Source: Caldicoprobacterales bacterium (GTDB lineage: Bacteria > Bacillota > Clostridia > Caldicoprobacterales > DTU083). From it: 64,000 nucleotides of DNA. The position numbers and the translations under genes were made by a program. The stretch spans positions 46,963 to 110,962 of the forward strand of contig JBMNJC010000014.1 in assembly GCA_050951465.1 (NCBI GenBank). The letters run 5' to 3'. The notes beneath the pieces are model-generated. The model ran no database searches. It saw nothing but the letters and a program-made list of their open reading frames with translations, and was not told the origin of the DNA. Below are positions 8,728 to 17,995 of this stretch, piece after piece; the first letter of the stretch is position 1; the number at the start of each line of letters is the position of its first letter.

Positions 8728-9978
8728 ATGATTACAGATGTCATAAATAAAAGAAATGTGTATGATGTTTTAAAAGAGCGCGGTTATATAGCTCAAGTAA
8801 CCCATGAAGAGGAAGTCAGAGATCTGCTCGGCAGGGAATCGATTACTTTTTATATTGGGTTTGATCCCACTGCGGACAGTCTTCATGTCGGACACTTCAT
8901 CCAGATTATGGTTATGATGCATATGCAGCGTGCCGGTCACAGGCCTATTGCCTTGATAGGCGGTGGAACAGGCATGGTTGGAGACCCTTCAGGAAAAACC
9001 GATATGCGAAAAATGCTTACAAAGGAAACCATAGAATACAATTGCCGTTCATTTAAGAAACAGTTCTCCCGTTTTCTGGATTTTTCTCAGGAGGACGGAG
9101 CCATAATGGTTAATAATGCAGACTGGCTGCTTGATCTTAAATATGTTGATTTCCTTCGTGAAATAGGAATACATTTTTCCGTAAACCGCATGCTTACAGC
9201 TGAAGCCTTTAAGAGCAGGCTGGAGCGCGGCCTGTCTTTTCTGGAATTTAACTATATGCTGATGCAGAGTTATGATTTTCTGGAGTTGTACCGCAGATAT
9301 AATGCTAGGCTGCAGTTAGGCGGAGATGATCAATGGTCCAATATTATAAGCGGCGTGGATCTGATACGCAGGGTGGAAGGCGTACCGGCCTATGGCATGA
9401 CATTCCAGCTCCTGACTACCAGTGAAGGCAAAAAGATGGGCAAGACCGAATCAGGCGCTCTCTGGCTAGATCCTGAGAAGACTTCCCCTTATGACTTTTA
9501 CCAGTACTGGAGAAACGTAGATGACGCCGATGTTAAAAAATGTCTTGCGCTTTTGACCTTCCTGCCTATGGAGGAAGTTGAAAGACTGGGAAATCTTAAG
9601 GATGAAAAAATAAATGATGCCAAGAAAGTATTGGCATATGAAGTGACTAAAATTGTACATGGCCGGGAAGAAGCGGAAAAGGCCAAATCAGCAGCAGAAG
9701 CGCTTTTCGGGAAAGGCTCCGTGGATGCAGATGTGCCTGGTACTATAATTACTAAAGACCAGTTTCTGAAGAACAATAATATTATAGATTTATTAGCCCT
9801 TGTAAAGCTTATCCCCTCCAAAGGGGAAGGACGCCGGTTAGTTCAGCAGGGCGGGATTTATCTTAACGATGAACGAGTTGATTCCATTGACTATACTGTA
9901 ACCGAAGCTGACTTTAAAGACGGCAGCCTTATGATTCGAAAGGGAAAGAAGGTTTATCACAAAGTAACCATAGAATAA
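8728..9978 (+). CDS. tyrS: Tyrosine--tRNA ligase
   Basis: ATG 8728 after GGAGGA (the track starts at TTG 8713). HIGH-type motif LHVGHF, KMSKS-type motif KMGKT, and a C-terminal S4-like domain. Confidence 0.97.
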   Translation: MITDVINKRNVYDVLKERGYIAQVTHEEEVRDLLGRESITFYIGFDPTADSLHVGHFIQIMVMMHMQRAGHRPIALIGGGTGMVGDPSGKTDMRKMLTKETIEYNCRSFKKQFSRFLDFSQEDGAIMVNNADWLLDLKYVDFLREIGIHFSVNRMLTAEAFKSRLERGLSFLEFNYMLMQSYDFLELYRRYNARLQLGGDDQWSNIISGVDLIRRVEGVPAYGMTFQLLTTSEGKKMGKTESGALWLDPEKTSPYDFYQYWRNVDDADVKKCLALLTFLPMEEVERLGNLKDEKINDAKKVLAYEVTKIVHGREEAEKAKSAAEALFGKGSVDADVPGTIITKDQFLKNNNIIDLLALVKLIPSKGEGRRLVQQGGIYLNDERVDSIDYTVTEADFKDGSLMIRKGKKVYHKVTIE

Positions 9979-9995
9979 TAAGTGAAATAAAAAAC

Positions 9996-10023
9996 AAGCG
10001 CTCCAAAAAAGGAGCGCTTTATT
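9996..10023. terminator. Bidirectional rho-independent terminator
   Basis: 9-bp stem AAGCGCTCC / GGAGCGCTT with loop A6, flanked by an A-run and a T-run. It lies between convergent tyrS and the metallopeptidase gene. Confidence 0.8.
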
Positions 10024-10053
10024 ATGGACTGAAGCTTTTGTATTCAATAAGGT

Positions 10054-10752
10054 TTAATAACTTCTGCGCCGGCCTCCGGTCAGTAACATGAGCCTGAAGA
10101 GCTGCATAACGGCCATTAGCGTGGCTGCAACATAGGTTAAGGCGGCAGCGCTTAATACTTTTTTAGTGTGCCCCGTTTCATCCCTGTGGATGATGCCTCC
10201 TCTTTCCAATGCTGCAATGGCACGGTTGCTGGCATTGAATTCAACAGGCAGAGTTACCAGCTGAAACAGAACAGCCAGGCTGAACCCAAGTACACCTATA
10301 AGTGCCAGGTTGGGCAAGCTTAAAACCAACCCCAATATAAGCAGGGGAAGTGCCAGCTGTGATCCGATATTGGCCACCGGAACCAGGGCATTTCTGAATT
10401 TTAAAGGGACATATTCATTTGCATGCTGTATTGCATGGCCTGCTTCATGGGCTGCAATGCCTAAGGCAGCCAGGGAAGATGAGTTGTATACTTCAGGTGA
10501 GAGCCTGAGGATTTTTGAACGGGAATCATAGTGATCGGTAAGCCGGCCTCTGCCCTGTTCAACTCTTACATCGTAGATTCTGTTTTGGCGCAAGATTTCC
10601 TGGGCGGCCTGGGCACCGCTGAATCCGGTTTTTGACGGCACTCTGCTGTATTTATAATAAGTAGACTGTACCTTTGTCTGAGCATACATTGCCAGTATAA
10701 TTGCGGGTATCAGCAAGATATAGGTAGGATCAAAGTAAAGCGGGAATAACAT
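10054..10752 (-). CDS. Putative neutral zinc metallopeptidase (membrane, HExxH)
   Basis: Preferred start is ATG 10752 after AAAGGAGC. The MLFPLYFDPTYILLIPAIILAMYAQ N-terminus and HEAGHAIQH motif fit the Zn_peptidase_2-type family. Confidence 0.85.
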   Translation of the reverse strand: MLFPLYFDPTYILLIPAIILAMYAQTKVQSTYYKYSRVPSKTGFSGAQAAQEILRQNRIYDVRVEQGRGRLTDHYDSRSKILRLSPEVYNSSSLAALGIAAHEAGHAIQHANEYVPLKFRNALVPVANIGSQLALPLLILGLVLSLPNLALIGVLGFSLAVLFQLVTLPVEFNASNRAIAALERGGIIHRDETGHTKKVLSAAALTYVAATLMAVMQLFRLMLLTGGRRRSY

Positions 10753-10853
10753 GAAACCTGCTCCTTTCATATATGATATTTATATGATTCAATTACATAT
10801 TATTGATGCTTAACAAAATATAATAACTAAATGTTCTCTTTCTTTTCAAGTAT

Positions 10854-10893
10854 ATTTTAGCATAACACAGACCGAAAGTCAAGGAAGGTCAAA
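10854..10893 (-). promoter_or_regulatory. Sigma-A-type promoter overlapped by a CtsR-like operator
   Basis: On the minus strand: TTGACT (comp. 10877-10882), 17 nt, TAAAAT (comp. 10854-10859). On the plus strand, 10877-10893 reads AGTCAAG-GAA-GGTCAAA, a 13/14 match to the CtsR heptads. Confidence 0.55.
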
Positions 10894-12405
10894 CTAAAGC
10901 TTTAGTCTTTTCACCCGGGGAGGAGGGGTATTTAAAGGGTCGTACTCATCATAAACCATGGGTATTCCCAGCCCTTTGGCATACATTTCGTTGGTGGTCA
11001 TAAGATCCTCCCGGTTCACCTGGGAAATTGATGTTTTGCCAAGGGCTTTGATGCCTTCACCCATTTCCAGTTTGCAGGATTCGAAAAAGTTTTGTAAAGA
11101 TTTTGCACCCAATTCAATATCAAACTTGTCAGACATGCCTTTACCATACCAGGTTAAGGAGGTAGGGGGTTCAAAGGGCAGAGTCTTGTGGAGCTGGTTA
11201 TGAGCAATGGCTACCAGGGCTGCGGCTCCTACCTGGCAGGCATCAGCACCCAGGGCTTTTACTTTCAAAGCGTCTCCGGGTGTACGGATTCGGCCTGAGG
11301 CAATGAGGGAAACCCGATCCCGAAAGCCGTGCTTCTCCAGCCACCTTGCTGCCCTGTGTATGGCAAAAACAGTCGGGACACCAAAATCATCCTGCAGTAT
11401 TGGCGGAGATCCCTTGGTGGCTGCTTCAGCTCCGTCCAATATGATAAAATCTACATCGCTGTTGCAGATCCAGCAGAGATCTGCTTCCAGATACTTGCCG
11501 GCTGCAATCTTTACTCCGATAGGAACTCCGCCGGTAATATTGCGCAGCTTATCCACAAGGTTTTTTAACTCCTCCGGTCTTTGCACTTCCGGCTGTCGTG
11601 AATATGTAATTAAATCCTGCCCTTTTTGAATTTTAAATTCTTTGCGCAGCTCAGGGTTTATTTGTTGGGCTTTCATTATAAATCCCACCCCTCCGTATGA
11701 ACCCTGACCCAACTGGATTTCCACTGCATGGCATTTTCGAATGATATCATGGGGTTTAGGCCAATTGCCCCTGTCGTACTGGAACATTATTTTATCTGCC
11801 AGGCCTAAAACTTCCGGCACAGTGGCCCCTGCACCGGTGTTGAAAACCACACCGGCAGCACCGCATCCCTTGGCCATGGCAATTTTAACCTGTTTGCTCA
11901 GCGCAACTCCATAGGCCATCGGCGCCAGCATCATGAAGTGATTAGTATGCAGGGGCTTTTTTGCATATTTTCCGATGGTTATTGAGAAATCAATGTCTGT
12001 ATCTACTTCAGTGGGCAAGGTGTCTATCTGGGCGATATTAAACTTCAAATCATCCAGACCGGGAAATTGATTTACTGGCCCCATAGGTCTTTCTATCATC
12101 TTTCCTTCATTTGCCCTGAGCTCGGTTTCCAGTACCACCCGGGGCCCTATGCGCATTGTTGAAGTTACTGCTTCAGCCAGATTGTTGTCATAGTTTACAT
12201 TGGTTATAGTTTTCAAAAAACTGTTAAAAATTTTATTAACAGCTAAGTGGCCCAGATATTTGATTCCCAGAACTCCAAGAATTCCGGCGGCTCCAATGAC
12301 TCCTGCCGTTATTAAAATCTTTTCAGCTTCCTTATTTTTACGAACGGCCAGGGCTGCAATCTCAGCAGCCAGCTGTTTTTCCAGGGCAGACTTTTGTATA
12401 TTCAA
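10894..12405 (-). CDS. FMN-binding glutamate synthase family protein with an N-terminal membrane anchor
   Basis: 503 aa with a TTG start. Has an N-terminal TM helix (ILITAGVIGAAGILGVLGI) and a GltB FMN-domain-like core (GGVGFIM..., DFIILDGAEAATKGSP, ASGRIRTPGD). Confidence 0.85.
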   Translation of the reverse strand: MNIQKSALEKQLAAEIAALAVRKNKEAEKILITAGVIGAAGILGVLGIKYLGHLAVNKIFNSFLKTITNVNYDNNLAEAVTSTMRIGPRVVLETELRANEGKMIERPMGPVNQFPGLDDLKFNIAQIDTLPTEVDTDIDFSITIGKYAKKPLHTNHFMMLAPMAYGVALSKQVKIAMAKGCGAAGVVFNTGAGATVPEVLGLADKIMFQYDRGNWPKPHDIIRKCHAVEIQLGQGSYGGVGFIMKAQQINPELRKEFKIQKGQDLITYSRQPEVQRPEELKNLVDKLRNITGGVPIGVKIAAGKYLEADLCWICNSDVDFIILDGAEAATKGSPPILQDDFGVPTVFAIHRAARWLEKHGFRDRVSLIASGRIRTPGDALKVKALGADACQVGAAALVAIAHNQLHKTLPFEPPTSLTWYGKGMSDKFDIELGAKSLQNFFESCKLEMGEGIKALGKTSISQVNREDLMTTNEMYAKGLGIPMVYDEYDPLNTPPPRVKRLKL

Positions 12406-12616
12406 GTTTCATGCAACCTCCCATAATCTTGCTCCTATTAGTATGGGAATGTGTAAAGATAATCATACTCGAGCAGCTTAAGTAATAAATCTTTTATAAG
12501 AAATGTTACTTTTTTGTGACTAATATTTACAATTGGGGCATAGGAGTTTCACTTTTTCCCATTGCTGCCTTATGATATAATTATGTCCATGTAATACATG
12601 TGTGTTTTGAAATAAA

Positions 12617-12642
12617 GGAACTGTTTGAACATCTGCCTCAGG
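12617..12642 (+). promoter_or_regulatory. Candidate ECF-sigma-type promoter
   Basis: GGAACT (12617-12622), 15 nt, TCAGG resembles the GGAAC...TC class of ECF promoters. It lies 45 nt upstream of the surface-protein gene. Weak evidence. Confidence 0.25.
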
Positions 12643-12685
12643 GAAAGTTTAAAGTATTTAAATAGTTAGTTTGGGGGAATATATA

Positions 12686-14548
12686 ATGAAAATCAATTTT
12701 AATAAAAGGCTTGTAAGTATTCTGCTATGCTTAATGCTGATTGGCTTGCAGGTTTTTGTTCCGGACGTAATTGTCCATGCCCAGGAAGAGTTAAAGGTTT
12801 CGACCGAAATAACCGGCCTGACTGTCCTTATCAATAATGAACCTTATGTCGCAGCTATGAGCAATTATTCTGTTAAATATCAGCTGACTAATAACAGCAG
12901 TTCTGAGATGAAGGATATTCAGATTTTTGAAAGAGCGCCGGGGGCAGGTGATTTCAAGCAAATTTATATCAGCGGGAAAGCAAGTCTTCAGAATGGTGAA
13001 AGCCTGACAGCCATAGGAGCCTCCATAAAAGCGGATCCTGAAGACAGTCCTGCGGCAGTGGAATATAAAATTGTATATACCATAGAGGGACAGGAACGGA
13101 CATCTATTCAGGGGTATACCCCGGTTCATATTATTCAGACCGACTTCAGGGTAAATTACACCGCCAGTGTAAGCGGTCCGGTATTTAAAGGAGAACAGGT
13201 AACCTTAAAGGCCGAGGTGGAATCCGTCTCCAATGTGACCCTTTATAATATTACCGTTACCGACACGGATTTGGGAGAAGAAATCGGAATTATAGATGTA
13301 CTTGAGCCGGGCAGAAAAGCAACGGTTCAAAAAACCCTTTCCCTTGAAAAATCCACTTTAGGGAATCTGGACATAATTTTCGATGATCCTGTGGGTGTTT
13401 CCCAGCCTGTGAGAAAGCACGTGAAAACCGATCTTGTGATACAGGTAAGAGAGGATGCCCCGGTTTCATCCCTGAATGTCAGCGGTAATACTAAACAACG
13501 TCTGATACCCGGGCCTGCCCAGGTGGATTTTGAACTTATAATCAAGAATACCGGAAACACACAATTGAATGATCTTAAATGCTTGGACTGGAACGGAAAG
13601 GAATTGCATACTCAGAAAGAACTTAAACCGGGTGAAGAAATTACAGTAACCTTTGCAGGCAAAATAGAGCCTGAAGAGACTTATGATGTACTGGTACAGG
13701 CCAGGGTAGAAAACAGTCTTCAGCAGATTCAGTCCAACTGGTCCTTCAGGTTGGGGAAACTGGAACCCAAAGTAGAAATTCAGCGAAAGCTTTCTGTTGA
13801 AGAAATAAAAAAAGGAGAGCCTTTTGAACTGGAGTATGTACTTCGCAACATCGGTAATGTAGAACTTTTGGATATAAAAATCAGCGAAACTTCATTCGGA
13901 GAAGTCACCACTCTGGATAAACTGGCTGTAGGCCAGGAAGTAACCTTCAGCAAGGAACTTGTGCTAAACGAAAGTACATTCAGCAGAACCATACTGACTG
14001 CCTTGGATGCAGAAACAGAAAAAGAATACAGCTATGAGTCTGCCGATATGGGATTTGTGGTAGGCGGCCAGGGAGAAGGGGTTCCCCTGCAGGCCTTGTC
14101 CATAATACTTCAAACGGAGCAGGAAACTTTGAACAGGCCCGGTTCTGTTGAAATGGAATGCATTATAGAAAATACGGGTCAGGAACCGCTGTATAACCTG
14201 ATACTAACCTTAATGGAGCGGGAAATGGTAATCGATAATATTGCGGTTTTGGAACCCGGTGAGAAAAAAACCATTTCCATACCTGCCGTTCGTATTGAAG
14301 AAACGGAGATATTCTGGGTGGCAGCCAACGGGCTGGGTGCAGATCACCAGAAATTTACCGCAGAAAGCGAGCCCCTTACCATAACCTTGTCGGAAAGCGG
14401 TCTTTCCGGTCAGTTCAGTATATTGAGGACAGTACTGATTGTTATCATACTATTGTGTATACTGGTAATTGGTGTGCTGGTTTATACTTTGAGAGACTCC
14501 ATTAAACTTCCCTTCCGGAAAAGAAAAGATGATATCCGCAGAAGATAA
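12686..14548 (+). CDS. Repeat-domain cell-surface protein with an N-terminal signal/anchor and a C-terminal TM anchor
   Basis: ATG 12686 after TGGGGGAA. Signal-like LVSILLCLMLIGLQVF, then about five modules of roughly 100 aa. Each module has an xxNxGNxxLxD/N strand and an L(E/K)PGE motif (CARDB/DUF11-like). The C-terminal TM helix VLIVIILLCILVIGVLVY is followed by a basic tail. Confidence 0.8.
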   Translation: MKINFNKRLVSILLCLMLIGLQVFVPDVIVHAQEELKVSTEITGLTVLINNEPYVAAMSNYSVKYQLTNNSSSEMKDIQIFERAPGAGDFKQIYISGKASLQNGESLTAIGASIKADPEDSPAAVEYKIVYTIEGQERTSIQGYTPVHIIQTDFRVNYTASVSGPVFKGEQVTLKAEVESVSNVTLYNITVTDTDLGEEIGIIDVLEPGRKATVQKTLSLEKSTLGNLDIIFDDPVGVSQPVRKHVKTDLVIQVREDAPVSSLNVSGNTKQRLIPGPAQVDFELIIKNTGNTQLNDLKCLDWNGKELHTQKELKPGEEITVTFAGKIEPEETYDVLVQARVENSLQQIQSNWSFRLGKLEPKVEIQRKLSVEEIKKGEPFELEYVLRNIGNVELLDIKISETSFGEVTTLDKLAVGQEVTFSKELVLNESTFSRTILTALDAETEKEYSYESADMGFVVGGQGEGVPLQALSIILQTEQETLNRPGSVEMECIIENTGQEPLYNLILTLMEREMVIDNIAVLEPGEKKTISIPAVRIEETEIFWVAANGLGADHQKFTAESEPLTITLSESGLSGQFSILRTVLIVIILLCILVIGVLVYTLRDSIKLPFRKRKDDIRRR

Positions 14549-14600
14549 AAGGAGGCTTTTCGAATTTGTTGACAGCAAAGGGAAGCCAAGGGGGATGATC

Positions 14601-15194
14601 ATGAGCAGTGAAAACGAAGAGATTCAGCTGATAGAAGAGGCAAAAAAAGGCGATCTTGCTGCCTTTGAAAAACTGATATTGTCCTATGAAAAGATGATAT
14701 ACAACTACTGCCTGCGCATGACCAACAGCCGGGAAGATGCAGAGGATCTGACTCAGGAGGTTTTTATAAGGTTATATAAAAGCCTTAAAAGGTTCAGAGG
14801 CCGAAGCAAGTTTTCCACTTATGTCTACCGGATAGCCCATAATATTTGCATTGATCACTATCGTAAGTCAAAGGTGGGCATCATTTTCTTGTCTCAGCCT
14901 AAAAACTCAGAAGATGACCGGGAAATGGATTTGCCGGCAGCTGAACCGTCTCCGGAAGAAACAGCACTTCAAAAAGAACAGCAGGAGTTGCTGCTTCAAT
15001 GTATTGCGCAGCTCAAACCTAATTACCGCACGATTATAGTCCTGCGGGAAATACAGGAGCGCAGTTATGAAGAAATTGCAGAGATTCTGAACATGCCATT
15101 GGGCACTGTTAAATCCCATCTCAGTCGGGCGAGGACAGCTCTTCGGGAAGCAGTCCGTCCACTTTTGAAAGGAGGCGATGGACATGCGTTGTGA
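14601..15194 (+). CDS. ECF-type RNA polymerase sigma-70 family factor
   Basis: Start ATG 14601 (or 14595) after AAGGGGG. Region 2 is DLTQEVFIRLY...YRIAHNICIDHYR; region 4 is SYEEIAEILNMPLGTVKSHLSRAR. Confidence 0.9.
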   Translation: MSSENEEIQLIEEAKKGDLAAFEKLILSYEKMIYNYCLRMTNSREDAEDLTQEVFIRLYKSLKRFRGRSKFSTYVYRIAHNICIDHYRKSKVGIIFLSQPKNSEDDREMDLPAAEPSPEETALQKEQQELLLQCIAQLKPNYRTIIVLREIQERSYEEIAEILNMPLGTVKSHLSRARTALREAVRPLLKGGDGHAL

Positions 15195-16032
15195 TAACTA
15201 TAAAAAGTGGATTAACGATGCTCTGGATGGAACCTTATCCGAAAAGCAGAAACTTGAGTTTGAAAAGCACCTGGATTCTTGTTCCGATTGTGCACGGGAA
15301 ACGGAAGAAGGATATAAGCTAAAGCAGCTTTTGCGTAATGTGGCGGAAGCAGAACTGCCTTCTGACTTTAAGAAAAAGCTGCACAGCAGGCTGCTCCTGG
15401 CACAACAGGAGGAAAATGAAGGCAGAAAACCCTGGATAAAGTGGACGGCAGGTTTGGCAGCTGTATTTGCATTGGTGTTTTCCATATATAAATTCCTTAA
15501 TATTGCTGGAGTCCCGCAAAGAGGCAATGAAGGCATGTATGATTATCAAATAGCTGTTGATGATTCAAAGCAGGATCCGTCCCCTGCTGCCGGTTCACCG
15601 GATGGACATGATGAAAATCCGGAAGAGTATTTTGGCGAGGCAAATTATTATACAGAAGATGCCGAAGATAATGGAGACATATCCATAGAAACTGAAGGAA
15701 TTGATAACGGCTTGATCTCTGAAGGCAGGAATGCTGAATCAGAGGTAGAATCAGAGGTAAAAAGCGCCGATTATCATTTATATATACTCCATACTGCAGA
15801 TACTGACGATATTATCAATCAGATTACTGAATTGACTGATATATTTTCAGCAGAGGTTATAACAAAACAGGCTGATTTGGTTACCCTGAAGTTTTACCGG
15901 GAGGACCATACAGAACTGAATACCTTTCTGGTAAGATTGTCAGAACTGGGCAGATTAGAGCCGGACAAGCCGATCTATGGAGCTGACACCATAAATATAC
16001 ACATTGAAAGAATAGGTACTGTCGAACCTTGA
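15184..16032 (+). CDS. Anti-sigma factor (zf-HC2, single-pass membrane)
   Basis: Overlaps the sigma gene stop. Has an N-terminal HLDSCSDC zinc-finger motif, a TM helix WTAGLAAVFALVFSIY, and an acidic extracytoplasmic part. Confidence 0.8.
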   Translation: MRCDNYKKWINDALDGTLSEKQKLEFEKHLDSCSDCARETEEGYKLKQLLRNVAEAELPSDFKKKLHSRLLLAQQEENEGRKPWIKWTAGLAAVFALVFSIYKFLNIAGVPQRGNEGMYDYQIAVDDSKQDPSPAAGSPDGHDENPEEYFGEANYYTEDAEDNGDISIETEGIDNGLISEGRNAESEVESEVKSADYHLYILHTADTDDIINQITELTDIFSAEVITKQADLVTLKFYREDHTELNTFLVRLSELGRLEPDKPIYGADTINIHIERIGTVEP

Positions 16033-16150
16033 AAATGATATATTTTCCATAAAAAATCTATATAAAGGGAATAAACCATTTGGTTCCTGTGAATAATATA
16101 CTTAACAAATTATGGGAGGACAGATTAAATACAGAAGGAGGAACCAAGTT

Positions 16151-17104
16151 ATGGCAAGGGAAGAAGCTCTTATGGAAAATATAGCAGGGACAGACAAAAG
16201 TGAATTGCATCCGGACCTGGTGTCTATTATGAAAGAGGAGGTCGGAAAAGCCAGACAGAACAGAATACCCATCATAAGGGCCTTTGATGAAATTGCCCGC
16301 CGTTCAGGTTTAAAAGCTAATACAATCCGTAATTATTACTACCGTTATCTGCATGTAAGTGATGAGAAGGAACATGTAAGTACGGAAAATTCGGTGCCTC
16401 TGCAGGCCGGTGAAGAAGCCATCGGCAGACCCTTTACCGAAGAGGAAACCAGGGCAATGATGAGAGAAATGCTGATTTCTCAGGCAAGAGGTGAATCTGT
16501 TCGCAGCTGTGCCAATCGATTAGGTAATGGCAGCAAGAGAATGTTAATACGGTACCAGAACAAATATCGCAGCATTATTGCCAGAAAACCTGAATATGTA
16601 GAAGACGTGATCAGGGAACTGGAGGCGGAAGGTATACCCTGTTATAACCCATATACACGTAAGAAAGCTTCCAAAGCGGGAAAAAACAAAAATATATCGG
16701 CAGGCAAAATGGCAGATGCACAGCCTGCTTTAAGCGGAGGAGAACAGCTGGTGGATTGGATTAGTGAGTTTGTTTCCAATATAAACAGTATACCGCTGAG
16801 TTCTATACAGGATTTTTTCAAGGGTCTTCGGGATCTTTCCGTTCTTGCCGCAGGAAACCGCAGCTATATAAAGCGGATGGAAAAGTATGAGCAGCAGGTT
16901 GAAAAACTGAATAATCAGGTTCTCTTGATGGAGGCCGGTTTGAATAAAAACCGCAGTGATAATCAGCTGCTTGGCAGCAAACTGAATGAGTTGACCGAGA
17001 TTAATCAAAGGTTTCTGAATCTATCAGATGCCGAGAAGCTTTCAACGCTAACAGAATATCTGTCGGAATTGGAATCCTGTTTAAACAGGCAGGCTGCTGA
17101 TTAA
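16151..17104 (+). CDS. Regulator-like protein with two Myb/SANT-like (RsfA-like) repeats and a C-terminal coiled coil
   Basis: ATG 16151 after AGGAGG. IIRAFDEIARRSGLKANTIRNYYYRYL and SVRSCANRLGNGSKRMLIRYQNKYRSII resemble the RsfA helix-turn-helix pattern. The heptad-rich C-terminus includes EKYEQQVEKLNNQVLLME. The function call is tentative. Confidence 0.55.
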   Translation: MAREEALMENIAGTDKSELHPDLVSIMKEEVGKARQNRIPIIRAFDEIARRSGLKANTIRNYYYRYLHVSDEKEHVSTENSVPLQAGEEAIGRPFTEEETRAMMREMLISQARGESVRSCANRLGNGSKRMLIRYQNKYRSIIARKPEYVEDVIRELEAEGIPCYNPYTRKKASKAGKNKNISAGKMADAQPALSGGEQLVDWISEFVSNINSIPLSSIQDFFKGLRDLSVLAAGNRSYIKRMEKYEQQVEKLNNQVLLMEAGLNKNRSDNQLLGSKLNELTEINQRFLNLSDAEKLSTLTEYLSELESCLNRQAAD

Positions 17105-17153
17105 AATCATTTTAACTTAATATTTGCCAATAACCTGACAAAGGCGAAATAAA

Positions 17154-17188
17154 TACCGGCGCAGAAGAGGAGGCCGGTAATTTTTTTT
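17154..17188 (+). terminator. Rho-independent terminator
   Basis: Stem TACCGGC / GCCGGTA followed by T8. Confidence 0.8.
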
Positions 17189-17329
17189 GTTTATGAGACG
17201 GAAACCATATAAAGAAAAAAAGGGGCAGGAATAAATGATGCTCTTGTAGAATATATGTTCCAATATACTCGATAATCCATATAAATGAAGTTGTTGATGA
17301 AATGCATACAGCAGGAGGTACAGGCAGAT

Positions 17330-17995
17330 ATGCATGAAGGTCACAGGGACAGACTTAGAAACCGCTTTCTGGCAGAAGGACTGGATAACTTTAACCAGCA
17401 TCAAATACTGGAACTTTTATTGTTCTATACTATACCCAGAAGGGATACCAACCCTATAGCCCATAATCTAATTAAACAATATGGTTCCCTGCCTGCTGTC
17501 CTGGAAGCAGGATACGAGAATCTTACCAAGGTTTCCGGGCTCAGTCACAATACAGCTGTTTTCCTGACACTGCTTCCGGAACTGTGCAGACGTTATCTTA
17601 AAGAAAAATGGGGCGATAAGCCGGTTCTTAACAGCTCAGAAAAGGCGGGCAAATATGCTGTCACCCTGTTCTACGGCAGGCAGTACGAGGTCTTTTATGC
17701 AATCTGTATGGATTCACAGAACAGGGTTAACTATGCAGATTTGGTACATGAAGGCACTATAGATTCTGCGCCGGTATATCCCAGAGTGATTATAGAATCT
17801 GCATTGCGACATAAGGCAACGGGCATAATACTGGCTCATAATCATCCCGGAGGCAGTCTTAAACCGTCTTCTGCTGATATAGATGCTACGAAAAGGATTA
17901 AGGCTGCATGCGAAACCATATCCGTCCGGGTTGTAGATCATATTATAGTGGCCGGAGATCAGTATTTCAGTTTTGCAGATCGGGGGCTTATATAA
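17330..17995 (+). CDS. radC: RadC-family JAMM-domain protein
   Basis: ATG 17330 after AGGAGG (the track starts at 17285). N-terminal HhH-like region, then HNHPGGSLKPSSADIDATKR JAMM motif. Confidence 0.9.
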   Translation: MHEGHRDRLRNRFLAEGLDNFNQHQILELLLFYTIPRRDTNPIAHNLIKQYGSLPAVLEAGYENLTKVSGLSHNTAVFLTLLPELCRRYLKEKWGDKPVLNSSEKAGKYAVTLFYGRQYEVFYAICMDSQNRVNYADLVHEGTIDSAPVYPRVIIESALRHKATGIILAHNHPGGSLKPSSADIDATKRIKAACETISVRVVDHIIVAGDQYFSFADRGLI

